In this document: positions 1 to 9,287 of the stretch, piece after piece | How the letters are laid out: every line of letters begins with the position of its first letter | Position numbering within the stretch: position 1 is the stretch's first letter | Assembly (NCBI GenBank): GCA_964354805.1 | Contig: CAYHBD010000035.1 | Span: 1-64,000 of the forward strand | DNA length: 64,000 nt | DNA from: an uncultured archaeon | Lineage (GTDB): Archaea > Iainarchaeota > Iainarchaeia > Iainarchaeales > GCA-2688035 | Direction of reading: 5' to 3' | Made by a program: the position numbers and the translations under genes | Notes under the pieces: generated by a model | The model's input: only the letters and a program-made list of their open reading frames with translations | What the model was told of the DNA's origin: nothing | The model's database searches: none

Positions 1-413
1 AAGAAATTATTTATTTTTTGAATGAAAACCTTTCAAAAGAAGCAATGGATGCTTTGATTGCAAAGGAACCAATGCAGTTGTTTGTTGCGCCGCCGATTGT
101 GCTTGGCAATGATACAGCAGTTGCGGCAGCTGACTTCACGCCAGCGCCTGCTGTAGCAGCCGGCTTCTTTGCTTTGCCTGATTTGGGCAGCATTGGCACT
201 CTCGCTTTGATTTTAGTAATAGTGGCTGCCATTGCAATCGCATTGTTTGCTTATTACAGGGGAAGCGGCGGCAGCGGAAACTTTGGAGCAAGCGAGGGCT
301 TCCACAACTTCGGCATGCAGGAAGGCTTAGGCAAAAGGCTTGGCGGCAGATTGGCTGGATTTGGAAGAGCCAAAGAAAAAGAGCAGAGGCCGCGCTGGGA
401 ATTCAAGGGATAA
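1..413 (+). CDS. C-terminal part of a membrane-anchored surface protein (5' end outside the window)
   Basis: The frame is open from base 3 (GAA ATT ATT TAT TTT TTG...), so it extends past the left edge. It ends with an AGFF motif, a TM helix (TLALILVIVAAIAIALFAYY) and a basic Gly-rich tail. Confidence 0.7.
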   Translation, partial: EIIYFLNENLSKEAMDALIAKEPMQLFVAPPIVLGNDTAVAAADFTPAPAVAAGFFALPDLGSIGTLALILVIVAAIAIALFAYYRGSGGSGNFGASEGFHNFGMQEGLGKRLGGRLAGFGRAKEKEQRPRWEFKG

Positions 414-571
414 AAAACTGTTTTTGATTCCACTTGAGCTCTTGCAGGGCAACAACTGCCAAAATTTTTCTGTTTGGTTAATACTTGAACCTTCTTTTGT
501 AGCTTTTGTGGTCAAGCCAAAACCAGTGAGAAACCTGACATCCTCCGCACCCTGAAGGGTGCGGGTTCCCT

Positions 572-1015
572 TTAAGATGCGTAGTCTTTCAATGTTTTCT
601 GGTGAATATCTGATTGGTGTCTTACGTACCATCTTGTTTTTTCCAGGTTGATATCACCTGTTGTTCTGTAGAACTTTCCCTTGCTCCAGAGGTGTCCTTT
701 TGGATATCTTAGCCTCATGAATGGATGCAGCTTGAAGAACTCGTATGATGACCTGCCTTTCAACAGGTTTGCTGCTTTTCCGAGGCTCATGGCGGGGGGA
801 ACCTCGACAACCGTGTGGATATGATCTGGCATTACTGCTAGCTCCAACACTTTCATGCCGTACTCAACCGCGATGTGTTGCAGTATATCTCTCATGTCCT
901 GCTTGTTGGACTCTTTCCCGAACAAGTTGTATCTATACTTTGGGCACCATTCAATATGGTAAACCCATTGCCCTTTTGCATGGGCGATACTATTTAAAAC
1001 AGATTCAACTTTCAT
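572..1015 (-). CDS. tnpA: IS200/IS605 Y1 HUH transposase
   Basis: YHIEWCPKYR, HUH motif MPDHIH, LKGRSS, HLWSKGKFYRT, catalytic Tyr in WYVRHQ; 147 aa. Confidence 0.95.
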   Translation of the reverse strand: MKVESVLNSIAHAKGQWVYHIEWCPKYRYNLFGKESNKQDMRDILQHIAVEYGMKVLELAVMPDHIHTVVEVPPAMSLGKAANLLKGRSSYEFFKLHPFMRLRYPKGHLWSKGKFYRTTGDINLEKTRWYVRHQSDIHQKTLKDYAS

Positions 1016-1026
1016 AAAATGACACG

Positions 1027-1066
1027 CTCCTGTCGAGCGCTTCGTCTACGGCGCTCGACATAGGAG
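1027..1066 (-). promoter_or_regulatory. Hairpin that sequesters the tnpA ribosome-binding site
   Basis: CTCCTGTCGAGCGC-10 nt loop-GCGCTCGACA(TA)GGAG. On the minus strand the AGGAG just upstream of the tnpA ATG lies in the stem, as known for IS200 translational repression. Confidence 0.65.
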
Positions 1067-1198
1067 ATAACTCTTTCTTCACAGAAATAGATTGCGGTTC
1101 GCTTTCATCCACACGCTAAAGCGTATAGGTTTCCCGCTCACACGCTAAAAAATCAAAGAAAACGCTTAAAAAGCCCTGGCGGTTTGCACGCTTTTTTT

Positions 1199-1954
1199 TT
1201 ACTGGCATTCTGCTGGTATTGTAATGTCAAATTCCTGTGTTGGGAACGGCTCTTCTACGTCTGGTATTCTTTCCACTAATCTTAAGCCATTTAGTTCTTG
1301 TGCCGGGCAATCTGGTTTGTTTCTTTGGAAGTAGTCTCCCCCGATTGCAGTGTAGGTGAAGGTTACCTCATTTATTGGCGTGTTTGCTGGTGCATAGTAT
1401 TCGTCAAAGTCATCGCCTGTTGAGCCGGTTTGGCTGTTTTCAGCGTATAGTTTAAGGGTTTTATCTGTTGAGAATGTTAACCCGTGGAAGTCGAATGTTA
1501 TTGTTCCCTTGCACAGATAGCTCCCGTCCCAGGGCATTTCCGGGCTCCATAAGACCTCTGTTTTTATGAATGTGCAAATAATTTTTGGTTCTGAGGCAAT
1601 TGTTATGTTTGGCTCGGTTGGCGGGGTTGGCGGGGTAGTGCCATTGCCCGAGCAGCTTCCTCCAAGACAGCATTGTGCCCCTTGTTCAATGCAGAACATT
1701 CCGCAGAATACGCCCCCCTCAGGGCACTCGTAGCAGGTTCCATCGCCGCAGCCGGTTGTGGGTTGCAAGCAATAACTGTTGACTGTTCCATCATCGCAAC
1801 AGATTGCGTTTTGAGGAATGCATCCTGCTCCGCATTGCTGTAGGCTGGTTGGGCATTGGGCCGTATTTATTGTACCATCGTTATCCGGTTCAGTGCATCC
1901 GCTGAACAAAACAGCTAGAAGAATTAATCCAATCAGCAATATTTTTGTTTTCAT
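1199..1954 (-). CDS. Cys-rich secreted protein, probable lipoprotein
   Basis: Signal peptide ending in lipobox-like LFSGC; two C-x6-CG-x2-CI-x5-CC repeats; Pro/Thr linker; beta-rich C-terminal domain. Confidence 0.8.
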   Translation of the reverse strand: MKTKILLIGLILLAVLFSGCTEPDNDGTINTAQCPTSLQQCGAGCIPQNAICCDDGTVNSYCLQPTTGCGDGTCYECPEGGVFCGMFCIEQGAQCCLGGSCSGNGTTPPTPPTEPNITIASEPKIICTFIKTEVLWSPEMPWDGSYLCKGTITFDFHGLTFSTDKTLKLYAENSQTGSTGDDFDEYYAPANTPINEVTFTYTAIGGDYFQRNKPDCPAQELNGLRLVERIPDVEEPFPTQEFDITIPAECQ

Positions 1955-1959
1955 GTTTA

Positions 1960-2484
1960 TTACATTCTTTGAACTCTTTTGTGGAATTCTTCCAATGTTA
2001 TTTCCCCTTTTGCAAGTTTTCTTTGCAATACTTCCATTGGTTTTTCTTCGGGTTTTTCTTCTATAATGATTTTTTTTGCGGTAACCACTTCTTTTTCTTT
2101 TAAATTGCTTTTTTGCTCAATTATTTTTTTCATGAATGCTTCGGCTTCTTTGCTTTGAAACCTGAACGGCTGGATGTTTCCCTCTTTTTCAGTATCCACA
2201 TTCAAATGCTTGGTTATCATTCCACCAGTTGAAACATTAATTATTTCTTTCAATGGGATTGTGAATAAAGTTTTTATTTCTTTTGAAAAAACCCCAGCTT
2301 CTTTCAAGAAAATAAGTTTTTTGTCTGTTAAGACTAAAACCCCCTTGTCAGGGTATGCTGTTAAAACTTTTTGCGAACCTTGCATGACAGTTTTCCAGAA
2401 TGCTATGCAAGGCAAGTTTCCAACAATTTCTTCACCCTTATCCAAAAGCAGATTCTCCATTATTTTGTTCAAATCCATGCCCAA
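1960..2484 (-). CDS. PH-like domain protein with C-terminal SHOCT domain
   Basis: GVLVLTDKKLIF...IPLKEIINV is PH/GRAM-like; PMEVLQRKLAKGEITLEEFHKR is SHOCT-like. Confidence 0.75.
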   Translation of the reverse strand: MGMDLNKIMENLLLDKGEEIVGNLPCIAFWKTVMQGSQKVLTAYPDKGVLVLTDKKLIFLKEAGVFSKEIKTLFTIPLKEIINVSTGGMITKHLNVDTEKEGNIQPFRFQSKEAEAFMKKIIEQKSNLKEKEVVTAKKIIIEEKPEEKPMEVLQRKLAKGEITLEEFHKRVQRM

Positions 2485-2752
2485 TCACTCTTTTTTTTGA
2501 TATCCCTAATACACATTTCTAGAATAAAAAGCTATTTGTCCTGGATTGCGCCAACTTATTTGAGCCAATTGTTAAATTTTTTCTTTTCGATTTCCTTTGA
2601 AAAATCAATTAAAAACCAATTGACTTGACACTGCCTTGTCTTGCTTGTAAATCATGCTAACAAGATTATTGCCTACACTGCAAAGCAAGCGAATGCCGCC
2701 AAAAAGCGAAAAAATATTAACAGGATTGCTGCTTATTTTAGTGGGATAGGCA

Positions 2753-3889
2753 TTGAGCGTAATAAGCGTTATTGGCGCAGGGCCTGTTGGATTGCACTGT
2801 GCTGCATTGATGCGGGAAGAGGGCTTTGATGTCAGTGTTTTTGAAGAGCACGCCGTTGTTGGAAAACCGGTTCAATGCGCCGGATTGATTTCAAAAAGCG
2901 GCGCGCAATCGCTTGGATTAAAGCTCAGCGACTGCATTGTAAATGAAATCAAGGGAGCAAAAATTTTTTCCCCTGGCGCTGAATGCATTGCAGTTGAAAG
3001 GAAAGAAACAACAGCCTTGGTAATTGACAGGTTCCAGTTTGACCAATTGTTCTACAAAAAAGCAAAGCAGGCAGGCTGCGACATCCATCTGGGCAGCAAA
3101 CTGATTGATTTGCGCAGCAACAACCTTTTCCTCGAAAGCAGCGGCCACGGCGAAATGCAGAAAAGCATGATAATTGTGGGGGCAGACGGCCCAAACAGCA
3201 TTGTGAGGAACAGCGCTTTCGGGCAGGGTTTTGAAAAAAACTTTGTTCAAGGATATCAGATAAGGGCTGAAGGCAGCTTTGACAAAAATTTCGTTGAACT
3301 GCATTTCGGCGAATTTGCGCCAGGCTTTTTCGCCTGGGTGATTCCTGAATCAGGCAGCATTGCGAGAATCGGTTTGGGCGTTAGGCTGGGGGAAAACCCA
3401 AAGGAATGCTTTGCAAAATTCATCCAGCAGAAAAATTTGCAGATGAAAAAATTAAGCGAAACAGCAGGCCTGATTCCGGTAGCTCCGCCAGCAAAGCAAC
3501 TGGTTGCAGGAAATGTTTTGTTGGTTGGCGATGCTGCATTCCAAACAAAAGCCAGCACAGGCGGCGGCCTGATTTTCGGCCTGCAGGCTGCGCAAATCTG
3601 CGCTGCTACGATTGCAAACAAGCTGAAGCACCAGCAAACCTTGAAAGTGTATGAAAAAAATCTGAGCGAACTGAACAAAGAGCTAGGAATCCACTGGAAA
3701 ATATATTCGTTCATCCAATCAATGCAGCCAAAACAGATGGATGCGCTTTTCAGAAAAGCAAAAAGCGCTGGCATTGAGCGCTTCCTGGGCGATTACGGAG
3801 ACATGGACAAGCCAAGCACCTTCCTGAGAAAAATCCTGTTCAAGCCAAAAATGTGGAGCCTTCTGCCGGCTGCAATGAAAATGATTTGA
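2753..3889 (+). CDS. Geranylgeranyl reductase family FAD-dependent oxidoreductase
   Basis: VIGAGPVG Rossmann motif, PVQCAG, IDRFQFD, GADG, PGFFAWVIP, LVGDAA, TGGG; TTG start. Confidence 0.9.
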   Translation: MSVISVIGAGPVGLHCAALMREEGFDVSVFEEHAVVGKPVQCAGLISKSGAQSLGLKLSDCIVNEIKGAKIFSPGAECIAVERKETTALVIDRFQFDQLFYKKAKQAGCDIHLGSKLIDLRSNNLFLESSGHGEMQKSMIIVGADGPNSIVRNSAFGQGFEKNFVQGYQIRAEGSFDKNFVELHFGEFAPGFFAWVIPESGSIARIGLGVRLGENPKECFAKFIQQKNLQMKKLSETAGLIPVAPPAKQLVAGNVLLVGDAAFQTKASTGGGLIFGLQAAQICAATIANKLKHQQTLKVYEKNLSELNKELGIHWKIYSFIQSMQPKQMDALFRKAKSAGIERFLGDYGDMDKPSTFLRKILFKPKMWSLLPAAMKMI

Positions 3890-4008
3890 AGCGCCAGCTT
3901 TCGGCACAATTTTTTTCCATGATTTTTTTTCAATTCCCTTATTTTTGCAAAAAAAGTATTCAAAAATCCGGCATTCAAAAAAAAATCCTGAAAGAAATCA
4001 AACAAATC

Positions 4009-4101
4009 ATATCAAAGGACAAAAATAATTGTATAAAATTGTCCTTTGATATATATCAAAAGACATTCAAAAAAAATACCAGAATTAATGTCTTTTGATA
4101 T
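4009..4101. repeat. Four alternating-orientation copies of ATATCAAARGACA
   Basis: 4009-4022 and 4039-4052 form a perfect 14-bp inverted repeat; 4053-4067 and 4087-4101 form a perfect 15-bp inverted repeat; copies 2 and 3 abut as a near-palindrome. Confidence 0.9.
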
Positions 4102-4524
4102 CACCCAAAATTTTAAATTCAAAAAAAAACTAAAAAATCTGAAAAATCACCCTTTTTGCTTTCCAAACCCTTTGCCCTATGCAATTGTTTGTTTTCCAAA
4201 TCCGCTTATTTTAAATAAAAGGTAGGCGCTATTAAATGCGGGTAATTTATCACCCCCGGATTCTGTAACAAGAAGGCAAAAAGGCAAAGGAGGAAAGAAA
4301 AATAACCTAATATTTTTTCTTTCCTCTCTTATTTTTTGAAAAGCAAAAAAGCAGTTAGCAGCTTAATTTTTTCTTTCCTTTTGAAGGAAAACAAAGCAAA
4401 TTAAATTACCATTTTTTTCTTCCCACTCTTCTATTTTGAAAAAAAAGCCAGCCAAAAACAAGGTTCTTAAATCTTTTTTAAGAAATAACTTATTGCCTGT
4501 TGTGATTGGCTGGGGTGAATTTTA

Positions 4525-4698
4525 ATGGATTTGGGTATTATCAAGAAGAAAAGCAATTCAGATTTTAATCCCTATCCTGTTGAAAGGCGCTGCCTTGAAT
4601 GCGGAAAAACACTTGAAAACGAAGGAAGCCACCTTTACTACCAGCGCTTCTGCTCAGACACATGCAAGGAAAGATACATCAGCTCTGCCTATAAGTAA
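4525..4698 (+). CDS. Small zinc-finger protein (CxxC...FCSxxC), 57 aa; not in the ORF track
   Basis: Hand translation: MDLGIIKKKSNSDFNPYPVERRCLECGKTLENEGSHLYYQRFCSDTCKERYISSAYK*; GGGGTGA SD-like sequence upstream. Confidence 0.8.
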   Translation: MDLGIIKKKSNSDFNPYPVERRCLECGKTLENEGSHLYYQRFCSDTCKERYISSAYK

Positions 4699-4777
4699 AC
4701 AGTGAAAAAAAGCTTGTTCGCCATTGCAGGGCACATCCAATTGCATCCCGCACTTTGCAGGGCAATCCTTAAATTTT

Positions 4778-5128
4778 TTACCACTGCAGCACATCGCCGG
4801 CTTCAATTCCCTTGCTTTTTCCGGCTGGCAATTCAACCAAGAAGCGCGCTGGCTTTTTCGGGGTGTAGCTCGGCGTGAAAGGGAGCAGTTTTCTCGCAAT
4901 GTCAACAACTTTTTTTTGCTTGTCCAAAAAAACAGCGTCGATCGGGAAGAAAACGAACAGCATGTGGATTGTTGCAGCTGCCTTGCTTTCTCTCGGGAAA
5001 GTGAATACAAGCGCGTAATCAAAGCGCTCCGGCTTTTCAAACATCAGGCCCTTCAGGCGCTGCCAGGCCGTGCCTGCATGAACTGTTTTTTCCATTATTT
5101 TCCTTCGCTTTGTTTTGTTGAAAAGCAT
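4778..5128 (-). CDS. DUF192 family protein
   Basis: RLKGLMF, IHMLFVFFPIDAVFLD, ARFLVELPAG, GIEAGD. Confidence 0.9.
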   Translation of the reverse strand: MLFNKTKRRKIMEKTVHAGTAWQRLKGLMFEKPERFDYALVFTFPRESKAAATIHMLFVFFPIDAVFLDKQKKVVDIARKLLPFTPSYTPKKPARFLVELPAGKSKGIEAGDVLQW

Positions 5129-5212
5129 TCCTAACCAGCTCTTTTGTTGCTTTTATTTTTTTCCTTCAAACAGCGGGATTTTTTTAAAATTCTGTTTTGC
5201 CGTCTTCGCTGC

Positions 5213-5413
5213 TTATTTTGTTTCTTTTAACAAACGCAGCGATGGAACTTTTATTTCTTCAAGCAGCTGCATTGTTTCCCTGGGCGAGGGCATGTCTCCT
5301 TTTTCCCTGATCTTTTTTCCCATCTCGTCTATTTCCTGCATTTTCCGGCGCAGGTCAGAAGCCAGCGCACCCATTTTTTCTTTTTTCTCTGGGATCAATT
5401 TTTTTTCAGGCAT
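5213..5413 (-). CDS. Small charged helical hypothetical protein
   Basis: 66-aa ORF with purine-rich sequence upstream and protein-like composition; no recognisable motif. Confidence 0.5.
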   Translation of the reverse strand: MPEKKLIPEKKEKMGALASDLRRKMQEIDEMGKKIREKGDMPSPRETMQLLEEIKVPSLRLLKETK

Positions 5414-5712
5414 TCAGCAGCCCTCTTGCCCCTGCATCCACAACTATATTGCGTTTTCAGGGAGCAGTAATAATACGCTTTTGCCCTTTAAAAAATTTTT
5501 GCATGTTTGCCAAAAAAAATTTTTTTGCTTAATCCGGATTTTCCGGAAAAACCCGGGGAAATTTCTGCTTATTTCCTGCAAAAAAAGCCGATTGTTACAA
5601 TCATCGAATTGTCGGCTGAAAGGAAATTTTTTAAACAAGTAAGCAATTCAATTAATAGAAGTTTGTGGGGCAGATTGCTTATTGCTTCATTCTCCCGAAG
5701 GTGAAAAATAAA

Positions 5713-6408
5713 ATGCTCAGCTCTATTGCATTCATTCCTGATGGCAACAGGCGCTTTGCCATGCAGTCGGGAATAAATTTCCTGAAAGCGTACCAGCTTG
5801 GGACAAAAAAAGCTTGGGACGTAATGCACTGGCTTGAGGAATACCCGAAAGTGCACGATGGAACCTTTTGGATGCTTTCGCTTGAGAACATGCAGAAGAG
5901 AAAAGCGGAATTAAGCGTGCTGTTCAAAATATTCGACAGGGAGCTTGAGAAGGTGAAGAAAAGCGGTTACTTTGAGGCAAACCAGGTAAGGCTGCGCTTT
6001 TTCGGAAAGATTGAAATGCTGCCGAAGAAACTGGTTGAAAAAATAAGTGAAGCAGAGCAATTCACAGCTGACTTCAAGAAAAAAACAATCAACCTGGCGC
6101 TTGGCTACAGCGGCAGGGCTGAAATAGTTGACGCAGCAAAACGCCTTGCAGCAGACCTGAAAGAAAACAAAATCGGGCTTGAGGAAGTGAATGAAAACAG
6201 CTTCAAAAAATACTTGTATGCAGCGTTTCCTGATCCGGACTTAATAATCAGGACAAGCGGCGCAATGAGGCTAAGCGGCTTCCTGCCATACCAAAGCGCT
6301 TACAGCGAACTGTATTTCTGCAACCACTACTGGCCTGAATTCAGCCAGCAGGATTTGAGAGAGGCAATTGGCTCATTTGAGGAAAGGCAAAGGAATTTCG
6401 GGAAATAA
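5713..6408 (+). CDS. uppS: Polyprenyl (undecaprenyl-type) diphosphate synthase, cis-prenyltransferase
   Basis: IAFIPDGNRRFA, LSLEN, LALGYSGRAEI, DPDLIIRTSG, RLSGFLPYQSAYSELYF, WPEF, RNFGK; ATG at 5713 follows GGTGA. Confidence 0.95.
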   Translation: MLSSIAFIPDGNRRFAMQSGINFLKAYQLGTKKAWDVMHWLEEYPKVHDGTFWMLSLENMQKRKAELSVLFKIFDRELEKVKKSGYFEANQVRLRFFGKIEMLPKKLVEKISEAEQFTADFKKKTINLALGYSGRAEIVDAAKRLAADLKENKIGLEEVNENSFKKYLYAAFPDPDLIIRTSGAMRLSGFLPYQSAYSELYFCNHYWPEFSQQDLREAIGSFEERQRNFGK

Positions 6409-6497
6409 GCGGCTGCAAAATGCCTTTGAAAAAATTCCGTACACACCCTTTTTATATTTTCTTTCCTAAATCAATTAATATATTATATTAGCCCATT

Positions 6498-6588
6498 AGC
6501 CCCGTCGTCTAGCGGCCAAGGATGTCAGGCTCTGGCGCTTTCCAAGCGGAGGAACCTGAAGACCGGAGTTCGAATCTCTGCGGGGCTA
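6498..6588 (+). tRNA. tRNA-Gln(CTG) with an 18-nt intron at 37/38 (6536-6553)
   Basis: Acceptor stem AGCCCCG/CGGGGCT; anticodon stem TCAGG/CCTGA; anticodon CTG at 6532-6534; T-loop TTCGAAT; BHB formed by CTCT/GGAG helix with 3-nt bulges GGC and GAA; CCA not encoded. Confidence 0.95.
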
Positions 6589-6602
6589 ATTTTTTATTTT
6601 TT

Positions 6603-9287
6603 TTAATTTTCAGGCATCTTTTTTTCAATTGCCTTTGCTGCACAAAGTGCCGCAATGCCGCCAATTGCAACAAAGCCGAGCAGTGCCAGCCATTCGCTTG
6701 GACCAACAAGGAACACAAGCTCGCCTGCTGCTGAAAGCTGAACCGTGCCAAACAGCAGGCCGAGCGGGGTGTACAGAACAGCAAGCTGCATTGCAAGCGA
6801 TACAGCTATTGCTGCAACCAGCCACTTGTTTGCGAGAATGCTGGTTTTTTCCTGCTGCCTTACGACAGCTATTCTCACGAATTCAGAGAGAATTATGCCA
6901 GTGAACAGCATTGACTGCGCTACAATCAGGCTTTTGCCATAGCCCCACAAGAAAATCGCAATCAGGAACAATGTGTCAATTAAGCCAATTACTGCAATCA
7001 ATGCAACAACTTTTCTGTTGATTATCCTGCTTTTTCTCGGCTTTCTATGCATTATATCCTTTGGCTGCGGTTCAACACCCAGTGCCAGCGCCGGCATTCC
7101 GTCGGTAAGCAGATTTATCCACAGAATCTGGGGCGCGCTTAATGCAATTAAACGCATCAAAGAGGCAACGAAAACCACAAACACTTCCGCGACATTGCAC
7201 AAAAGAAGATACAAAACAAATTTCCTGATGTTTGAGAAAACCGTCCTCCCCTCAGCAACAGCCTGCGCAATTGTCTGGAAGTTGTCATCAAGCAAAATAA
7301 CATCAGATGCCTGCCTTGCAACATCCGTGCCCCTGCAACCCATTGCAACCCCGACATCTGCGGCATGCAATGCAGGCGCGTCATTTACGCCATCGCCTGT
7401 CATTGCAACAGTATGGCCATTTGCCTGCAGCGCTTTAAGTATTCTGAGCTTGTGGGCTGGGCTGACCCTGGCAAAAACATCAACCCTCTCAATCTCCTGC
7501 ATCAATTGCTGTTCGCCCATTACTTCAATGTCCTTGCCTTCCAGTGCGAGCGGGGCAAAGCCAAGCTGCTGCCCGATTGCTTTAGCTGTCAATGCATTGT
7601 CTCCTGTCAGCATTACCACCCTGATGCCAGCCTGCCTGCAGACAGCAATGCTTTCCCTGACCTCTTTTCTCGGGGGATCGATCATTGCCTGCAAGCCGAG
7701 AAAAACGAATTCATTCGCCAAATCACGTTCGCTGTATTTGAGCGGGATTTTTTTAAACGCAAAAGCAAGAACCCTCAAAGCACTTGAAGCAAAAACAGTG
7801 TTCTGCTGCTCCACCACGGCTTTGTCTTTAGGGCCCATCCTCTGCTCTTTTCCTGAAATAAAAAGTTTGCTGCAATGCTGCAATACTACCTCTGGCGCGC
7901 CCTTCACAAAAACAATCGCTTCTTTATCGCCTGCTTTGTGCACAGTGAGCATCATTTTCCTTTCGGAAGAGAATGGAACAGCATCAATCCTGGGCAATTG
8001 CCCATTCAAATTTTTTTCATGCAAGTCGGCTTTTCTTGCGCTTACAAGCAAAGCTATTTCGGTCGGGTTTCCGACAAACTGCAATTCGTTTTTCTCATTA
8101 ACCGAAATTGCCGCATCGTTGCATAAGGCGCCGCATTGCAGCAGCAGTGAAAATTCCTGTGCTACTGTTTGCTGGCTGTTTTGAAAAAAATTTCCTTCAA
8201 GTTCATAACCGCTGCCGCTTACATCAATTGCTTTTTTGCTGCAGTAAATTTTTGTGACCGTCATTTTGTTTTCGGTGATTGTCGCTGTTTTGTCAGCGCA
8301 GATTACGTCAACGCTGCCAAGGCTTTCAATGCTGCCCAACTTTCTAACCAAAGCGTGCTTTTTAGCCATCTTTCTTGTTCCAAAAGCAAGGCTCAATGTT
8401 ACAACAGCGGGCAATCCCTCCGGAATCGCTGCAACAGCCAGGCTCACTGCTGCAATGAAAATAACCAAGGGGGGAGCAGCGTGGAAAAAAAACTGGATCA
8501 ATGCTACAAAAGTAATCACAACAAGCACAAGCAAGCCGAGCCTTTTTGCAAGCGACTGCAATTCAACCTGGAAAGGGGTTGCATGCTCCTGAGCTGTTTG
8601 CAGCTTTTCCGCAATTTTTCCAACCTCTGTCTGCAAGCCTGTTTCTGTTACAACCGCTTTTCCTGTTCCGGATGCCACAACAGTGTTTTTGAAAACCATG
8701 TTTGTTCTTTCTGCCAAAGCAGTGGCATTAGGCAGAACAACCGCTTTCTTGCTTACCGGAACGCTTTCGCCTGTAAGCAGTGATTCATCCACATGCAAAT
8801 TGCTTGATTCAAAAACTCTGGCATCCGCAGCTATTTTTTCCCCTGCTGAAAGCAGGATGACGTCGCCCGGAACCAGATTAATTGCATCAACCGAGAATTT
8901 TTGCCCGTTCCTGAGCACAATTGCTTTTTCAGGGCTCATCCTCTGCAGCGCCTGCAGGCTGTGCTCGGCCTTGAATTCCTGCAGGAAACCGAACACGGAG
9001 TTTGCAAAAACAATCACCAAAATAAGCGCTGCCTCAATATAATGCGATTCCTGCCCAGGCAGCAACCCGATCGCAATTGAAACAACGGCGGCAGCAATCA
9101 AAATAATTACAAGGAAAGAGCGGAACTGCGACAAAAATATTCGCAGTGGAGAAATGCCTCTCTGCAATTTTATTTCATTCAAGCCATAATAGCCCTGCCT
9201 GACAGTCGCCTCGCTTTCACTCAAGCCATCTGGGCTTGACCTGAGCTGCGAAAAAACACCCTCAACATCCAGGCTGTGCCAGTCCAT
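6603..9287 (-). CDS. P2-type (Ca2+-ATPase-like) cation-translocating P-type ATPase
   Basis: TGES, PEGL, DKTATIT (variant of DKTGTLT), KGAPE, DPPR, TGDN, GDGVNDAPAL, WINLLTDG; likely start MDWHS at 9287. Confidence 0.93.
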   Translation of the reverse strand: MDWHSLDVEGVFSQLRSSPDGLSESEATVRQGYYGLNEIKLQRGISPLRIFLSQFRSFLVIILIAAAVVSIAIGLLPGQESHYIEAALILVIVFANSVFGFLQEFKAEHSLQALQRMSPEKAIVLRNGQKFSVDAINLVPGDVILLSAGEKIAADARVFESSNLHVDESLLTGESVPVSKKAVVLPNATALAERTNMVFKNTVVASGTGKAVVTETGLQTEVGKIAEKLQTAQEHATPFQVELQSLAKRLGLLVLVVITFVALIQFFFHAAPPLVIFIAAVSLAVAAIPEGLPAVVTLSLAFGTRKMAKKHALVRKLGSIESLGSVDVICADKTATITENKMTVTKIYCSKKAIDVSGSGYELEGNFFQNSQQTVAQEFSLLLQCGALCNDAAISVNEKNELQFVGNPTEIALLVSARKADLHEKNLNGQLPRIDAVPFSSERKMMLTVHKAGDKEAIVFVKGAPEVVLQHCSKLFISGKEQRMGPKDKAVVEQQNTVFASSALRVLAFAFKKIPLKYSERDLANEFVFLGLQAMIDPPRKEVRESIAVCRQAGIRVVMLTGDNALTAKAIGQQLGFAPLALEGKDIEVMGEQQLMQEIERVDVFARVSPAHKLRILKALQANGHTVAMTGDGVNDAPALHAADVGVAMGCRGTDVARQASDVILLDDNFQTIAQAVAEGRTVFSNIRKFVLYLLLCNVAEVFVVFVASLMRLIALSAPQILWINLLTDGMPALALGVEPQPKDIMHRKPRKSRIINRKVVALIAVIGLIDTLFLIAIFLWGYGKSLIVAQSMLFTGIILSEFVRIAVVRQQEKTSILANKWLVAAIAVSLAMQLAVLYTPLGLLFGTVQLSAAGELVFLVGPSEWLALLGFVAIGGIAALCAAKAIEKKMPEN

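Larger units (their letters stand above)
535..1144 (-). mobile_element. IS200/IS605-family insertion sequence, TnpA only (IS200-like, ~610 bp)
   Basis: tnpA is flanked by subterminal hairpins. Right end on the minus strand: GGGAACCCGCACCCTTCAGGGTGCGGAGGATGTCA (stem 545-564). Left-end imperfect hairpin at ~1107-1130. No tnpB. Exact ends are approximate. Confidence 0.85.

Noticed and set aside
3890-4520. Calling the spacer a replication origin
   Set aside because: No canonical ORB with G-string and no adjacent cdc6/orc1; kept only as a hypothesis.
6536-6553. tRNA intron as a novelty
   Set aside because: Canonical 37/38 position with a strict BHB motif; ordinary for archaea.
6973-8184. 403-aa plus-strand ORF and the many other antisense ORFs (e.g. 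39893-40957, 46903-47793, 49429-50436)
   Set aside because: Shadow frames opposite well-supported genes, with no motifs.
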